NCBI GenBank assembly: GCA_030706405.1 | Contig: JAUZOO010000010.1 | Location: forward strand, 82,127 to 146,126 | DNA length: 64,000 nt | Reading direction: 5' to 3' | DNA from: Bacteroidota bacterium | GTDB taxonomy: Bacteria; Bacteroidota; Bacteroidia; Bacteroidales; JAAUTT01 | In this document: positions 1 to 9,280 of the stretch, in pieces | Layout: each line of letters starts with the position of its first letter | How positions within the stretch are numbered: the stretch's first letter is position 1 | Made by a program: the position numbers and the translations under genes | Notes under the pieces: model-generated | What the model was told of the DNA's origin: nothing | Databases searched by the model: none | The model's input: the letters and a program-made list of their open reading frames with translations, nothing else

Positions 1-1
1 C

Positions 2-199
2 AACAGTGCCGACATGGACGAAGTTGAAAGCCTTATCAATCAATATGCCATTCCGAAACAAAAAGTTTACGTAGCACTCGAAGGGCAAACCCTCGAATCG
101 CAACTCAAACCCGATCTGGTTGACGAGATTGTACGTCGCGGCTGGAACTTTTCGCCCCGCCTACACGTTTTACTGTGGGGAACGAAAAAGGAAAAATAA
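2..199 (+). CDS. queE: 7-carboxy-7-deazaguanine synthase, C-terminal part (gene starts before the window)
   Basis: Frame is open from the window edge; C-terminus FSPRLHVLLWG is typical of QueE; directly upstream of queD and queF. Confidence 0.8.
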   Translation, partial: NSADMDEVESLINQYAIPKQKVYVALEGQTLESQLKPDLVDEIVRRGWNFSPRLHVLLWGTKKEK

Positions 200-283
200 C
201 CATAAATAGATAAAGCGGCAATAAAGCAGATTGCAAATTTCGCCTGGTTTTGAATGAATAACATAATATAGCATAAAACAAGG

Positions 284-314
284 TCTTGAATCTTGGTTCT
301 TGGCTCTTGAATCT
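284..314 (+). repeat. Heptamer tandem array (TCTTGRN)x4
   Basis: TCTTGAA TCTTGGT TCTTGGC TCTTGAA TCT just before the queD ATG. Confidence 0.8.
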
Positions 315-320
315 AAAACA

Positions 321-737
321 ATGAAATACGTAGTTACCAAAGAATTCAGGTTTGAAGCAGCCCATCGGCTGTTAAAACATTATTCGGGCAAATGTACCAA
401 TAACCACGGGCATTCGTGGCTTGTACGCCTGCACCTCGAGGGCGAGAACCTTGACGAGAAGGACATGCTCATCGACTTTCAGGAGCTCAAAGCTTTAAAA
501 GTCTGGATAGACGACCAGCTCGACCATGCTTCGTTGCTTTGGGAACAAGACCCTATGCTTGACTATATTAAAAGCTCGGGGCAACGCTTATATGTGACCG
601 TCAAGAACCCGACTTCGGAGCATATTGCCGAAGTTATCCTGAAGGAAGCAATTCGTTTATTTGAGAACTCGCGCATCCGTGTAAAGTGTATTGAAGTAAA
701 CGAAACATGCACCACAGGAGCGAAGATTTACCCTTAA
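321..737 (+). CDS. queD: 6-carboxy-5,6,7,8-tetrahydropterin synthase
   Basis: FEAAHRL, CxNxHGHSW, LDH, NPTSEHIA and V-x-ET motifs; ATG at 321 preferred to the TTG at 300. Confidence 0.92.
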   Translation: MKYVVTKEFRFEAAHRLLKHYSGKCTNNHGHSWLVRLHLEGENLDEKDMLIDFQELKALKVWIDDQLDHASLLWEQDPMLDYIKSSGQRLYVTVKNPTSEHIAEVILKEAIRLFENSRIRVKCIEVNETCTTGAKIYP

Positions 738-753
738 AAATCAATAACAATAT

Positions 754-1137
754 ATGGCCGATTTTAATTTTTTGGGCAAGAAAGTCAATGCCCCATCCAA
801 ACAGCTTGATACTTTTCCAAAACCTGCCAATGTTCAGGTGGTAAAGTTCGAGAGCAATGAGCTTACTAGCTTTTGTCCGGTGACAAGTCAACCCGATTTT
901 AACACGGTAACCATTGAGTTTGCTCCGGATAAATTGTGTGTGGAAAGTAAAAGCTTAAAGCTTTATCTGTGGTCGTTTCGCGAGGAAGCTATTTTTGCCG
1001 AAGGCTTGGCCAATACCATGGCCGAAGACCTGTACAATGCACTTCAACCGCATTGGGTAAAAATTACGCTGATGCAAAATATACGTGGTGGCTTACAATT
1101 ATCGGTAGTTGCTGAAAAGAAAAAAGGGAGCGAATAA
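754..1137 (+). CDS. queF: preQ1 synthase (NADPH-dependent 7-cyano-7-deazaguanine reductase), unimodular type
   Basis: CPVTSQPDF catalytic Cys/Asp, QueF motif ESKSLKLYL, RGG near the C-terminus. Confidence 0.88.
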   Translation: MADFNFLGKKVNAPSKQLDTFPKPANVQVVKFESNELTSFCPVTSQPDFNTVTIEFAPDKLCVESKSLKLYLWSFREEAIFAEGLANTMAEDLYNALQPHWVKITLMQNIRGGLQLSVVAEKKKGSE

Positions 1138-1152
1138 ATTTCACTCCCTTTT
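1122..1152. terminator. Hairpin between convergent queF and Hpt genes
   Basis: AAAAGGGAGCGAA / TTCACTCCCTTTT inverted repeat overlapping the queF stop. Confidence 0.65.
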
Positions 1153-1176
1153 CCCTTATATTTAAAAGTCAACGTA

Positions 1177-1563
1177 CTAGTTGTTTTTTATTTTTTCATA
1201 TTCCAGCAAAAGGCAAGGTAAGGCAAAATCACAATATTCAATAGCATTCATCACGAGCTCCTGAACTTCCTTTGCTTTTTCCTCATCCGGGATGCGGGAC
1301 AACTCCTCAGAGAATATTTCGATAGTTTTCATATTTTTTACAATGGCCCCAAATCCCATCAGCGGAAGGATGGGTATAAATTTGTGAGAAGCCATCCGTA
1401 ACCCCTTCCAATCTTGTTGTTCAAGAGTTTGTTTCAGTTTGGTCATAACTTCGGGAAGGGTTGCAATGCACTGATCCAGCATTCCTGTGACAAAATCATC
1501 ACCTATACTCGAATAACTCATTAAATATGACAGATCAATCTGCACTTCTTCTATTTGAGCCAT
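1177..1563 (-). CDS. Stand-alone Hpt (histidine phosphotransfer) protein, paralog of 8770-9144
   Basis: IDLSYL start and helical bundle with W...SHKF...G around the phospho-His position. Confidence 0.75.
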   Translation of the reverse strand: MAQIEEVQIDLSYLMSYSSIGDDFVTGMLDQCIATLPEVMTKLKQTLEQQDWKGLRMASHKFIPILPLMGFGAIVKNMKTIEIFSEELSRIPDEEKAKEVQELVMNAIEYCDFALPCLLLEYEKIKNN

Positions 1564-1850
1564 AATAATATATTCTCCTGTAAATTAAACAATAGCATCT
1601 ATAAGTATAAACATTTTTTGCAGATTAAGCGATATTCAATGCCTTAATGAGTAAAACTTAAACGAGGTCTCCCTAAACAAAAAATCATCTGATAATTTAG
1701 CGAAACTAATAATTTAGAATTAATTATAAACCACATACTGAGACAAAATATTCAGGCATTTACAACAAAATTTCAGAGCCGATTACCATTTCAATGCTTC
1801 CTGCCTTGGGAATAGACGATCCCCCTTTCTTCGGAAAATGCAAAAATATA

Positions 1851-3281
1851 TTATGGTTTTTTCCCAAATCCCTTCCGAGTCATTTCCCCCCATTCTTTTT
1901 TTCCTTTAAAAAAATAATCGTAATTACCTTTAAGGCTCCAATAAACACCTAAGGGGTGGAATATAAAGGGTTCGAGCATTGCTGTTAAAATTAATTTCAG
2001 GATATCAGTTTTTCGGGTATATTGATGAAATGAAATTTCTTCAGCAACAATCGCCCACATCGAGAACATCACCGAAAGGCTGTAAACAAAAATGAACAAG
2101 ATGAGGAAAACCATAAAGTTGATATTTCCTCCGATAGCCAGAAACGTAAAATAAATAAGGCCAAAGAACTCGGTAAACGGGGCCAACCATTCGAAAAAAA
2201 ACCAATAAGGAAAGCTTATAAGTCCCAATCGACCGTACTTCGGGTTAGCAAACATTACTTTATGCATGCGTAGCGAATCGATTGTTCCTCTGGCCCATCT
2301 GTTCCTCTGACGGCCCAATATGTTTAGAGAATCAGGAACTTCTGTCCAACATAATGGATCGGGAATGAAGGTTACCAAGTATTTCCCCAGGTTGTGATCG
2401 TGCATATACCGCCGCATGCGAACAACGAGCTCCATATCTTCTCCCACGGTTTTATGGTTGTACCCTCCGGCTTTGACTGCAATTTCACGATCGAACAAAC
2501 CAAAGGCCCCCGAAATAAGCAATAATCCGTTAAGTTTACTCCAGGCCATCCTGCCAAGGATAAAAGCCCTAAAATATTCCAACACTTGAAATCGAGCCCA
2601 AAGGTTTTTTGGTAAGACGACGGTCTTAATTCTTCCGTTTTCGATTTCGCATGAATTGGCAACCCGCACTACTCCTCCGGAGGCTATCACTTTTTTATCT
2701 TTTTCTTCAATAAATGGCTTTACCATTTTCAATAAGCCATCGTATTCAATAATACAGTCAACATCGATGGTGGCAAATAACCGTTTGGAAGAAACGTTGA
2801 TGCCTGCATTGAGGGCATCGGCTTTACCTCCGTTTACCTTGTCAATGAGCGTTAGCTTGCTGAAAGCCGGATTGGGAGATTTATATACACCTCGTATCGG
2901 CTGGCATTCAATTTGGTAGTTAACGGCAAAATCTACCTTCACCATATTATATTCTTCAATCATGCGCTCAAGGGTATCGTCTTTACTTCCGTCGTTGACA
3001 ATAATAACTTCAAAATCAACGTAATGTAACGATAGTAGCGACCGGGCATTTTCCACAATGGTTTTACCTTCGTTATAGGCCGGAGCCAGAATAGAAACGG
3101 AAGGTGCTAGTGGAGACGTCATTATTGGAGAAAGATCGACATATCGGTTTTTTCTCAGATAATGAATCAATGCTATTGCCGATAATATAGCCAAAGTAAA
3201 GTAGATGGTAAATATAACCACGCAGTAGATTAATAAACCAAAATCGAGCAATTTCTGAAGATAGTAAACATAAAGTTCCAT
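1851..3281 (-). CDS. Processive GT2 glycosyltransferase (PgaC/IcaA-like polysaccharide synthase)
   Basis: DGSKD, NGGKADALN, DVD, GED and QRNRW motifs; N-terminal and C-terminal TM helices. Confidence 0.9.
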   Translation of the reverse strand: MELYVYYLQKLLDFGLLIYCVVIFTIYFTLAILSAIALIHYLRKNRYVDLSPIMTSPLAPSVSILAPAYNEGKTIVENARSLLSLHYVDFEVIIVNDGSKDDTLERMIEEYNMVKVDFAVNYQIECQPIRGVYKSPNPAFSKLTLIDKVNGGKADALNAGINVSSKRLFATIDVDCIIEYDGLLKMVKPFIEEKDKKVIASGGVVRVANSCEIENGRIKTVVLPKNLWARFQVLEYFRAFILGRMAWSKLNGLLLISGAFGLFDREIAVKAGGYNHKTVGEDMELVVRMRRYMHDHNLGKYLVTFIPDPLCWTEVPDSLNILGRQRNRWARGTIDSLRMHKVMFANPKYGRLGLISFPYWFFFEWLAPFTEFFGLIYFTFLAIGGNINFMVFLILFIFVYSLSVMFSMWAIVAEEISFHQYTRKTDILKLILTAMLEPFIFHPLGVYWSLKGNYDYFFKGKKEWGEMTRKGFGKKP

Positions 3282-3283
3282 GG

Positions 3284-5008
3284 CTAAATTCGTTTATCAT
3301 TTACATGACGTATCAGGGAACGAAGTTCGTCGTCGGCTTCAACAAATGAAATTTTAATGATGTCTTCGCCAGTACGGTTGGTATTTTGCAACGCTTTTAA
3401 AGCAGCTAACCTTATGGCATAATCATGTTCTTCCTTAATCGTTTTTATTAACCACGGCTGACAGCTTTGAATCGGGAGACGCTGAATTACCTTCAAAATA
3501 TTAATTTTATTCTGGTAGGTTTCGATCTGATAAAAATTCATCAATGGCTCAACAGATTGTGGAAGCGATAACTGACCCAATGCAAAAATAGAAGCTTCTC
3601 TTATTCGAGGGCTACCATGCCGAAGCAACTCAATAATTCGGTCATAATTGTTAACCTGACCTAAATGTCCTGATAACCTTAATGCAAAAATAACTACCGT
3701 ATCATTGGATGATTCGAACAGTGGTTCAAGGTTAATGTTTTGATTTTCATGTTCTATCGCGTTTATAATATGAATGTACTCATATTCCGAAAGCGTATAT
3801 TTGTAAAATTTAAGGAACGATAATGCATCGGGCGAATCATCGAGTCTTATCAGGGCAATTTGAGCTTCCATCCTCAAGACTTCGTTACGGCTACTTATTA
3901 ATTGTTGAATTAGCGTAATAGGGGCTTTGTAATCAAAGCATGCCGCTTCCTGCACTGCCTTAATTTTTTTAGGCCATCGTCCGTATCTAAAAGCTCTTCC
4001 GGCGTCTTCTGTAAGTTTTAGTTTGTAGTACAAATCTTTGGCTATAAATGCGATGTCGCCTGTCAAGTTTTTATGAAGTGTCATTAATTGCCGGGATATT
4101 AAATTTCGCCGGTAGCGGGACTGGCGAGCGTTTCGGCTTAATTTCCGGAGAGCAGTCATGGCTTCTCTAGAATCCGGATCATTATAAACATAATTGATAA
4201 TGTAGTTTTGATACAGATTTTGTAAATGCTTGCTAACAACTGAAATAACAGTTTTTATAATTCTTGATACGATTACAAATCCAAAAAATAAAATTGTATT
4301 AATGTTAAATACAAAAATGCAGTACAAAATAATGTTGAGGCGGACAGACATGGCTCTGGTTTCTGCGAAATAAAGCGAAATAAACTGTTGAACCACGTTA
4401 AAACTATAAATGGCACTAACGACTACCCAACAAATAAGTACAAAAAAAATGAAGTAACTAAAAAGATTAAAATAACCTTGCGCAACAACATTTTGTATTC
4501 TCCGGTGAATAACAGCAATGATGATGATAAAAATAAGGACCCCAAAGGAGAAGTATTTATAAAATGGCAATCCAAACATCAAAATATCAATACTATTTAT
4601 CCTAAAAAACGTTAACGCAAAATACGCTCCCCAAACACCAACAATAATTCCTACTAAAGACAGAATAATTGTTATATGTTTGGTTATAAATGATATAATT
4701 GACGATGTATTATTGCGATAGAGAAATACAAGAGGAACTAGTATGGCAAATAAGAAAGAGATTGTTTTATAGCCAGAATCGAGGAAGCAGACAATATCTG
4801 CTGTATTTACAGGGTGTCTTAAATATAAAACAAAGAGGAGCAACCCTGAAAGACCTATGATAAACAAGTGAATAAAGTAGCTTTTCAATAAATGAATAAA
4901 ATAAGCATATCTTGAACTAACCCTGAAATTAACAATCAGCAGGAATATCACCATTAAAAAAGATGATATTTTATACAAGGCTAAACCGCTGTTAATAAAA
5001 AAAACCAT
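3284..5008 (-). CDS. Multi-pass membrane protein with C-terminal HEAT repeats
   Basis: Hydrophobic N-terminal ~250 aa; HEAT-like units (VLRMEAQIAL, RIREASIFALGQL, AIRLAALKAL); alternative ATG at 4351. Confidence 0.75.
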   Translation of the reverse strand: MVFFINSGLALYKISSFLMVIFLLIVNFRVSSRYAYFIHLLKSYFIHLFIIGLSGLLLFVLYLRHPVNTADIVCFLDSGYKTISFLFAILVPLVFLYRNNTSSIISFITKHITIILSLVGIIVGVWGAYFALTFFRINSIDILMFGLPFYKYFSFGVLIFIIIIAVIHRRIQNVVAQGYFNLFSYFIFFVLICWVVVSAIYSFNVVQQFISLYFAETRAMSVRLNIILYCIFVFNINTILFFGFVIVSRIIKTVISVVSKHLQNLYQNYIINYVYNDPDSREAMTALRKLSRNARQSRYRRNLISRQLMTLHKNLTGDIAFIAKDLYYKLKLTEDAGRAFRYGRWPKKIKAVQEAACFDYKAPITLIQQLISSRNEVLRMEAQIALIRLDDSPDALSFLKFYKYTLSEYEYIHIINAIEHENQNINLEPLFESSNDTVVIFALRLSGHLGQVNNYDRIIELLRHGSPRIREASIFALGQLSLPQSVEPLMNFYQIETYQNKINILKVIQRLPIQSCQPWLIKTIKEEHDYAIRLAALKALQNTNRTGEDIIKISFVEADDELRSLIRHVNDKRI

Positions 5009-5061
5009 TCCTGATTGTGTAGATTTTTACTGTATAACAGACAATTGCAAAACTTTAGGCT

Positions 5062-7095
5062 TTATTTGATTTTTGACCAATTGTGGTACAATGTATCGGG
5101 AATAATATGATTGGTGGAACAAACATAATTGTTGAGCCTTTTAAAATTTTCAAAGTCTTTCTGCAATTCTTTGGTTTGTTCCGTTTTATCAACGGCATCA
5201 ATGGTAAGATTATCGTTAATATTATATAGAACGTTGGAAGATAGAAAGTTCAATCCTTTTATGTAATCGACCATCTCGTTTTTGTTGCGCATCAGGGGGT
5301 AGGCATGTATATTCCTGAAAGTTCTAATAGTATCGAGCCCAATCCCCATCCAATGAGCCAAGCTGGGGAATTTCATGTCGTAATTATTGCTTAGGAATGC
5401 TAATATGCTAGGAGTTATATCAAACTGGACGGAAACAGACGAAAATTTTGCCGGGCGCTTCAACATAGGTGAATAGATCACCAAAGGCACGTGAAACCTG
5501 TCGAGCTGCGTGCTTATCGGAATTTCGGGCATACGATGATCGCCCGTAATCACAAAAATGGTGTTCTTAAAATCCGGTCGTTTGGAATACGCTGAAATGA
5601 AATAGCGCAAAGCATCATCGAAATAAAGCATGGAAGCAAACTGAGGCTTGTAGTTTCTTCGTTCCCTTTTTTCTTGTTCGCTAAGATTTAACGTATTAAG
5701 TTGGGCCTCAAACCTGTTGTTATAATACTCTTGATTGGGGACTCTGAAAGGATCGTGCATGGCAAGGGTAAGCGCAATATCCAGGCGGGGTTTGGTATTT
5801 ACAACGGTGGCGGATTCAAGTATTTTTCTGAAAATTTCCCGATCACCATATCCCCAGGCAAATCCTTTATTATTTGCAGGAAGCTTGGAATAACCCGGAC
5901 CAAACGATTTTGTATCCGTGATTTTATCAATACCCTGAGCATGCATAAATACATCCATCAGGTCGAAATGAGCATCGCCTCCATATATAAAACTGCTTTG
6001 GTAGCCCTGAGATTTTAGCAACCGAATCAGCGAGAGATGACGTGGCATTTTGTCATTCAACTCATTAAAACCCTTATCCCCAAACGGGAGAGACCCAAAG
6101 ACGGATGGTAATACCGCAAATGTCCGACCTCCCGTACTCAAGAAATTCTCCCAATATAAACTTTTTTGCATCAACGAATCAAGGAATGGGGTAAAACTTC
6201 CCAAATAAGCATTTTCGCCACTATACGCCCTGCCCAAACTCTCGACCAAGATGAATACTAAATTGGGCTTTTGACTTTTATTAATCGTAAAAAAATTACC
6301 CAAAACATCCGTCGAATCAACAGTATGCAGAAGTGGGTATTCCTTGTTTACATAATGAAATGAAATTTTCGACGAGCCAACATTCAGTTGGTTAAATGAC
6401 AGACTTTTCCGCTGATTACGTTTATCTTCCTCTTCTTTAAAGTAATTGTATGTTTTGGAAATAAAGAAGCCCAATTTATTACTCGCTAAATACGACTCAT
6501 ATTCTGTCTTAAACCGTCCGGACGAAGGTGAAGAATAATCATTCAACAAAAGACTTATAGCCACTGCTATGTAAAAAAAGTAGAAGACAAGATTCGGAAA
6601 ATTTTTGTTTCGTAAAAGCCACCATAAAAAAGCTACAAAAGCCAGAAATAGTAAAAACGGCATCAATGTTAATACCCTAAGCCCTCCGGATGCGCCAACG
6701 GTATGACTGATTTCGGAAAAAGAATAACCGAACAAATCAGATCCGAGTGGTACCAGGGAGGTGGCAAAATATAACTGCAATACGATGGATGTAATCGTTA
6801 TAAGGATAACACACGCCCCAAAAAACCATTCTGCAACACGTGATTTTAACAAAAATAAAAGACAATAGGGAATTACCAGAAACGCACATATCCTCAAAAA
6901 AACATAACCATCGCACAGTAATCCATAGAATTCGGCCCGAAGGCTGCTTTGAGAAAAATGACAAGTACTGCAAATCGCAAATGCCTCGTAAATACGAAGG
7001 GTTATAATAACCAGAAGAAGAATCGCACAATAAGCGATATAACGCCGTGTCGCGTGCATTAACCGTTCGAGCGACGTGGATGAGGTTTCTTCCAT
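5062..7095 (-). CDS. LTA synthase family / alkaline-phosphatase-superfamily membrane phosphotransferase
   Basis: About 5 N-terminal TM helices, then NLVFILVES, GGRTF (catalytic Thr position), TLAMHDPF, TGDHR. Confidence 0.88.
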   Translation of the reverse strand: MEETSSTSLERLMHATRRYIAYCAILLLVIITLRIYEAFAICSTCHFSQSSLRAEFYGLLCDGYVFLRICAFLVIPYCLLFLLKSRVAEWFFGACVILITITSIVLQLYFATSLVPLGSDLFGYSFSEISHTVGASGGLRVLTLMPFLLFLAFVAFLWWLLRNKNFPNLVFYFFYIAVAISLLLNDYSSPSSGRFKTEYESYLASNKLGFFISKTYNYFKEEEDKRNQRKSLSFNQLNVGSSKISFHYVNKEYPLLHTVDSTDVLGNFFTINKSQKPNLVFILVESLGRAYSGENAYLGSFTPFLDSLMQKSLYWENFLSTGGRTFAVLPSVFGSLPFGDKGFNELNDKMPRHLSLIRLLKSQGYQSSFIYGGDAHFDLMDVFMHAQGIDKITDTKSFGPGYSKLPANNKGFAWGYGDREIFRKILESATVVNTKPRLDIALTLAMHDPFRVPNQEYYNNRFEAQLNTLNLSEQEKRERRNYKPQFASMLYFDDALRYFISAYSKRPDFKNTIFVITGDHRMPEIPISTQLDRFHVPLVIYSPMLKRPAKFSSVSVQFDITPSILAFLSNNYDMKFPSLAHWMGIGLDTIRTFRNIHAYPLMRNKNEMVDYIKGLNFLSSNVLYNINDNLTIDAVDKTEQTKELQKDFENFKRLNNYVCSTNHIIPDTLYHNWSKIK

Positions 7096-7163
7096 AAACG
7101 ATAATTTTCAGATGTCTGATAAAAAAATATACTCGTCTCTTTAAATAGCTACCTTACAATGTA

Positions 7164-8396
7164 CTAAAATATACGCCGAACCGTGATGTCTATCGTAAAT
7201 TTATTACGGAATAATGAAGAATAGTATTCTTCCCGCTCATAGGCTGTACTTAATCCATAGTACCAAAGTCTGGCAAAATGCTGATTATAGCTGATTTTTA
7301 TTTTATCGGATTGTAATCGGATGTTATCGGCAGATTGGAGGTACTTGTGAATATCATCGGGCGAGGAGCCGTGACTGTACTGAATTCCAAGATAGTTTTC
7401 GGCTTCGGCAAAATAACGTCTCACTTGGAAAATGCTGGTAAAAGAAACATTTCCGCCACTTGGTGTGACGAATGGACGATAGCTTAACCAGTAATTCCCA
7501 AGGTATTTACCTACCGAACCTGTATAAATGGCAACATCTGAAGTGGCAAATTTCAGATAACGAAGTCCCAATGATGCCTCAAAACCGGCAGGAAGGTTCT
7601 CGTAGAACTCAGCACCACTGCGGTATTTGGGGAATAAACCGGATGCCGAATATCCCAGGTTGAGGTACATATAATTGTTCATCCCGGTTTTCGGATAAGC
7701 ATCGGCTTCAACCTGCAATCCATTACTTTCGAAACGGTTGGCATAGTTTAACCGGCCAATCATCGTCCCTATCGCCGTTTTTCGGGAATATTGCAGGTAC
7801 GACCAATACCAGGGCTGCCCACTGCTAAAAAAATCGGTTACGTAATTAACGGATAAACTGTTTTTCATATTGGAGACTTCCAATGTCGAGAACAATGACT
7901 TTGCTTTCTCATTGTCCGGATTTACTTTCAGCAGCTTATTGATTTCAACGATGGCCTCATTGTACTTTTTAAGATTTTGAAGTGCCTCTGCTTTTTGGAA
8001 CAGATACTCTTCGTTGGCAGGAGTATTGGCTAAAGCGGCATTGACAATATCAAGAGCTGCCGTTGGATTTCCGGCCCATAATTCAACATTTATGCGGGCG
8101 TTGGTCACTTCTTCGCTGGTTGGCAATTTTCCTGCAACTTGTTTCAGCGCGTTACGGGCATCATCGTACTTCCTGTCCCAAGAATAAAGTAATCCCAAAT
8201 AGAAGCGTACATCATTGTCATCTTTTGCTTTAAGAATATCCCGACATAACTTTTGGGCATCGCCATAATTATTGCTTTTAGCTAATTGCTTAGCCCGAGA
8301 AAATAGCGAATCAGTATTGGAGGTATTTTGAGCCTGCAAACCCCAATGCCCTCCAATTAAAAACAGGAAATTTAAACAGACGATAAACTGCTTCAT
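7164..8396 (-). CDS. TPR repeats plus YaiO-family outer membrane beta-barrel
   Basis: Signal peptide, TPR-like helices (aa 25-175), beta-strands with RLNYANRF and EADAYPK, terminal Phe. Confidence 0.82.
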   Translation of the reverse strand: MKQFIVCLNFLFLIGGHWGLQAQNTSNTDSLFSRAKQLAKSNNYGDAQKLCRDILKAKDDNDVRFYLGLLYSWDRKYDDARNALKQVAGKLPTSEEVTNARINVELWAGNPTAALDIVNAALANTPANEEYLFQKAEALQNLKKYNEAIVEINKLLKVNPDNEKAKSLFSTLEVSNMKNSLSVNYVTDFFSSGQPWYWSYLQYSRKTAIGTMIGRLNYANRFESNGLQVEADAYPKTGMNNYMYLNLGYSASGLFPKYRSGAEFYENLPAGFEASLGLRYLKFATSDVAIYTGSVGKYLGNYWLSYRPFVTPSGGNVSFTSIFQVRRYFAEAENYLGIQYSHGSSPDDIHKYLQSADNIRLQSDKIKISYNQHFARLWYYGLSTAYEREEYYSSLFRNKFTIDITVRRIF

Positions 8397-8761
8397 CTAT
8401 TTTGTTTGATTAATAATTTTTTAATACGCAATAATAACTCATTGGGACTAAATGGTTTGGTAATATAATCATCGGCTCCCATTTCCAGAGCTTTTACTAC
8501 GGTATCTTCCTGCCCAATTGCCGAGAGCATTACCAGGGGGGTACTTCTTTGAAGCGTTATGCGTAAATAGCTAAGTATTTCCAGCCCATTGGCATAAGGC
8601 ATCATAACATCGGAGATGATAAGATCGGGGTTCTGTTCCGTTATCTTCTCCATACCTTCTTTCCCGTCGGCTGCAAGTATTACCTCGTATCCTTCCCGTG
8701 CCAGTTTAAACTCGATGGCTTTAAGTACAATTACTTCATCTTCAATTACTAATATTTTCAT
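8393..8761 (-). CDS. Single-domain response regulator (receiver only)
   Basis: KILVIEDE, DLIISDVMMP, GADDYITKPF; 122 aa with no output domain; 4-bp overlap with the barrel gene. Confidence 0.92.
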   Translation of the reverse strand: MKILVIEDEVIVLKAIEFKLAREGYEVILAADGKEGMEKITEQNPDLIISDVMMPYANGLEILSYLRITLQRSTPLVMLSAIGQEDTVVKALEMGADDYITKPFSPNELLLRIKKLLIKQNR

Positions 8762-8769
8762 TTTGCAAA

Positions 8770-9144
8770 TTATTCCTTAATTTTTCCATATTCCTGTAAA
8801 AGCTCAGTTAATGCAAGTTGACAATATTCGATAGCGTTTAAAACAAGATTGCGGAGCTCTTTCTCTTTTTCCGGATTATACGTTTTAGAAAGCTTCTCTA
8901 TTGCTTGCATATCGCTTAAAATTGCCCCAAAACCGGCAAACGGAATTACAGAAATAAATTTATGGGATTCCTCATACAATTTTTCCCAGTTTTGTTGTTC
9001 GAGGTTAAGCTTAAGCTTAGGGATTACATCCATAACGGATTCGATACATTGTTCCATCATATCGCTCATAAACTTCTTATTGCCATTGGAATAATCAATT
9101 AGATATGATAAATCGATATACTGTAAATCGTTACGTTGTGCCAT
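8770..9144 (-). CDS. Stand-alone Hpt domain protein
   Basis: IDLSYL...W...SHKF...GF; ATG at 9144 matches the MAQ start of the paralog at 1177-1563. Confidence 0.75.
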   Translation of the reverse strand: MAQRNDLQYIDLSYLIDYSNGNKKFMSDMMEQCIESVMDVIPKLKLNLEQQNWEKLYEESHKFISVIPFAGFGAILSDMQAIEKLSKTYNPEKEKELRNLVLNAIEYCQLALTELLQEYGKIKE

Positions 9145-9280
9145 AATCAAAAATATAATTTAAAAATTGTGGTGTAAAATGTAGAGACTTCAATGACATT
9201 GAAGCTTAAGCAACTTTTTAAAATTATAAATAAATTTTACTAAAAGATAAAAAGCTTCCTAATTAATATTTACAGGGCTT

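Noticed and set aside
200-320. preQ1 riboswitch in the que cluster
   Set aside because: No preQ1-I stem with A-rich tail recognised; the gap is operon-internal and holds a heptamer array.
1851-3281. Cellulose synthase BcsA or a firm pgaC call
   Set aside because: No PilZ domain, bcsB, pgaB or pgaD; product chemistry cannot be read from sequence.
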